DNA of 64,000 bases from Owenia fusiformis (taxonomy: Eukaryota), in contig CAIIXF020000001.1 in the NCBI GenBank assembly GCA_903813345.2, positions 15,438,001-15,502,000 of the forward strand. The letters run 5' to 3'. Shown piece after piece: positions 63,770-64,000 of this stretch; the first letter of the stretch is position 1, and every line of letters starts with the position of its first letter. The position numbers were made by a program, and so were the translations under genes. Below the pieces are notes generated by a model. It had not been told where the DNA came from. It saw only the letters and a program-made list of their open reading frames with translations, and searched no databases.

Positions 63770-64000
63770 TTTGTTATGTATTTTAAATGAACCGTTTTAC
63801 TCGTACATCTCAAAAACCAATACGATGATATTCATTCTATCGGATAAGTTCGAAAACAATTATGTGTCCATATTAGTAAATGATGTGATGTTTGTATGTA
63901 TATTCATTTATTTCTGTCTCTCACGTAAAGTACATCCAGCCGTTGCCGAGACTCATCAATCAATTTTTAAAGCTAAAGCCGTGTCATTCATTTCATTGCA
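63770..64000 (-). other. 3' flank/UTR of a probable fourth GMC copy lying beyond the right edge
   Basis: Near-identical to 38737-38975 (downstream of C) and 16275-16515 (downstream of B). Confidence 0.7.

Overview
AT-rich eukaryotic genomic DNA with spliceosomal introns; an invertebrate animal is inferred from the gene and TE types. The window is a minus-strand tandem array of 11-exon GMC (glucose-methanol-choline) oxidoreductase genes. Copy C (39521-62135) is intact at 598 aa. Copy B (18983-36966) is complete, but exon 4 is split by a 2.9-kb TIR transposon that introduces an immediate stop. Copy A (exons 1-4, 1690-12242) runs off the left edge, and the 3' flank of a probable fourth copy begins near 63770. 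All three visible copies carry GGCSAHN where most animal GMCs have GGSSxIN/LN. This resembles the covalent histidyl-FAD motif of bacterial choline oxidase and fungal pyranose dehydrogenase. Introns and spacers are densely packed with nested mobile DNA: two CR1/L2-group LINEs, a Tx1/L1-type LINE inside a Harbinger-like element, and Academ-like, Transib-like, mariner-like and hAT-like non-autonomous elements. There is also a 32-bp satellite built from a splice acceptor. Paralogue comparison gives empty sites and exact TSDs for many insertions. All alignments and counts were done by eye, and superfamily assignments are inferences from termini and TSD length.
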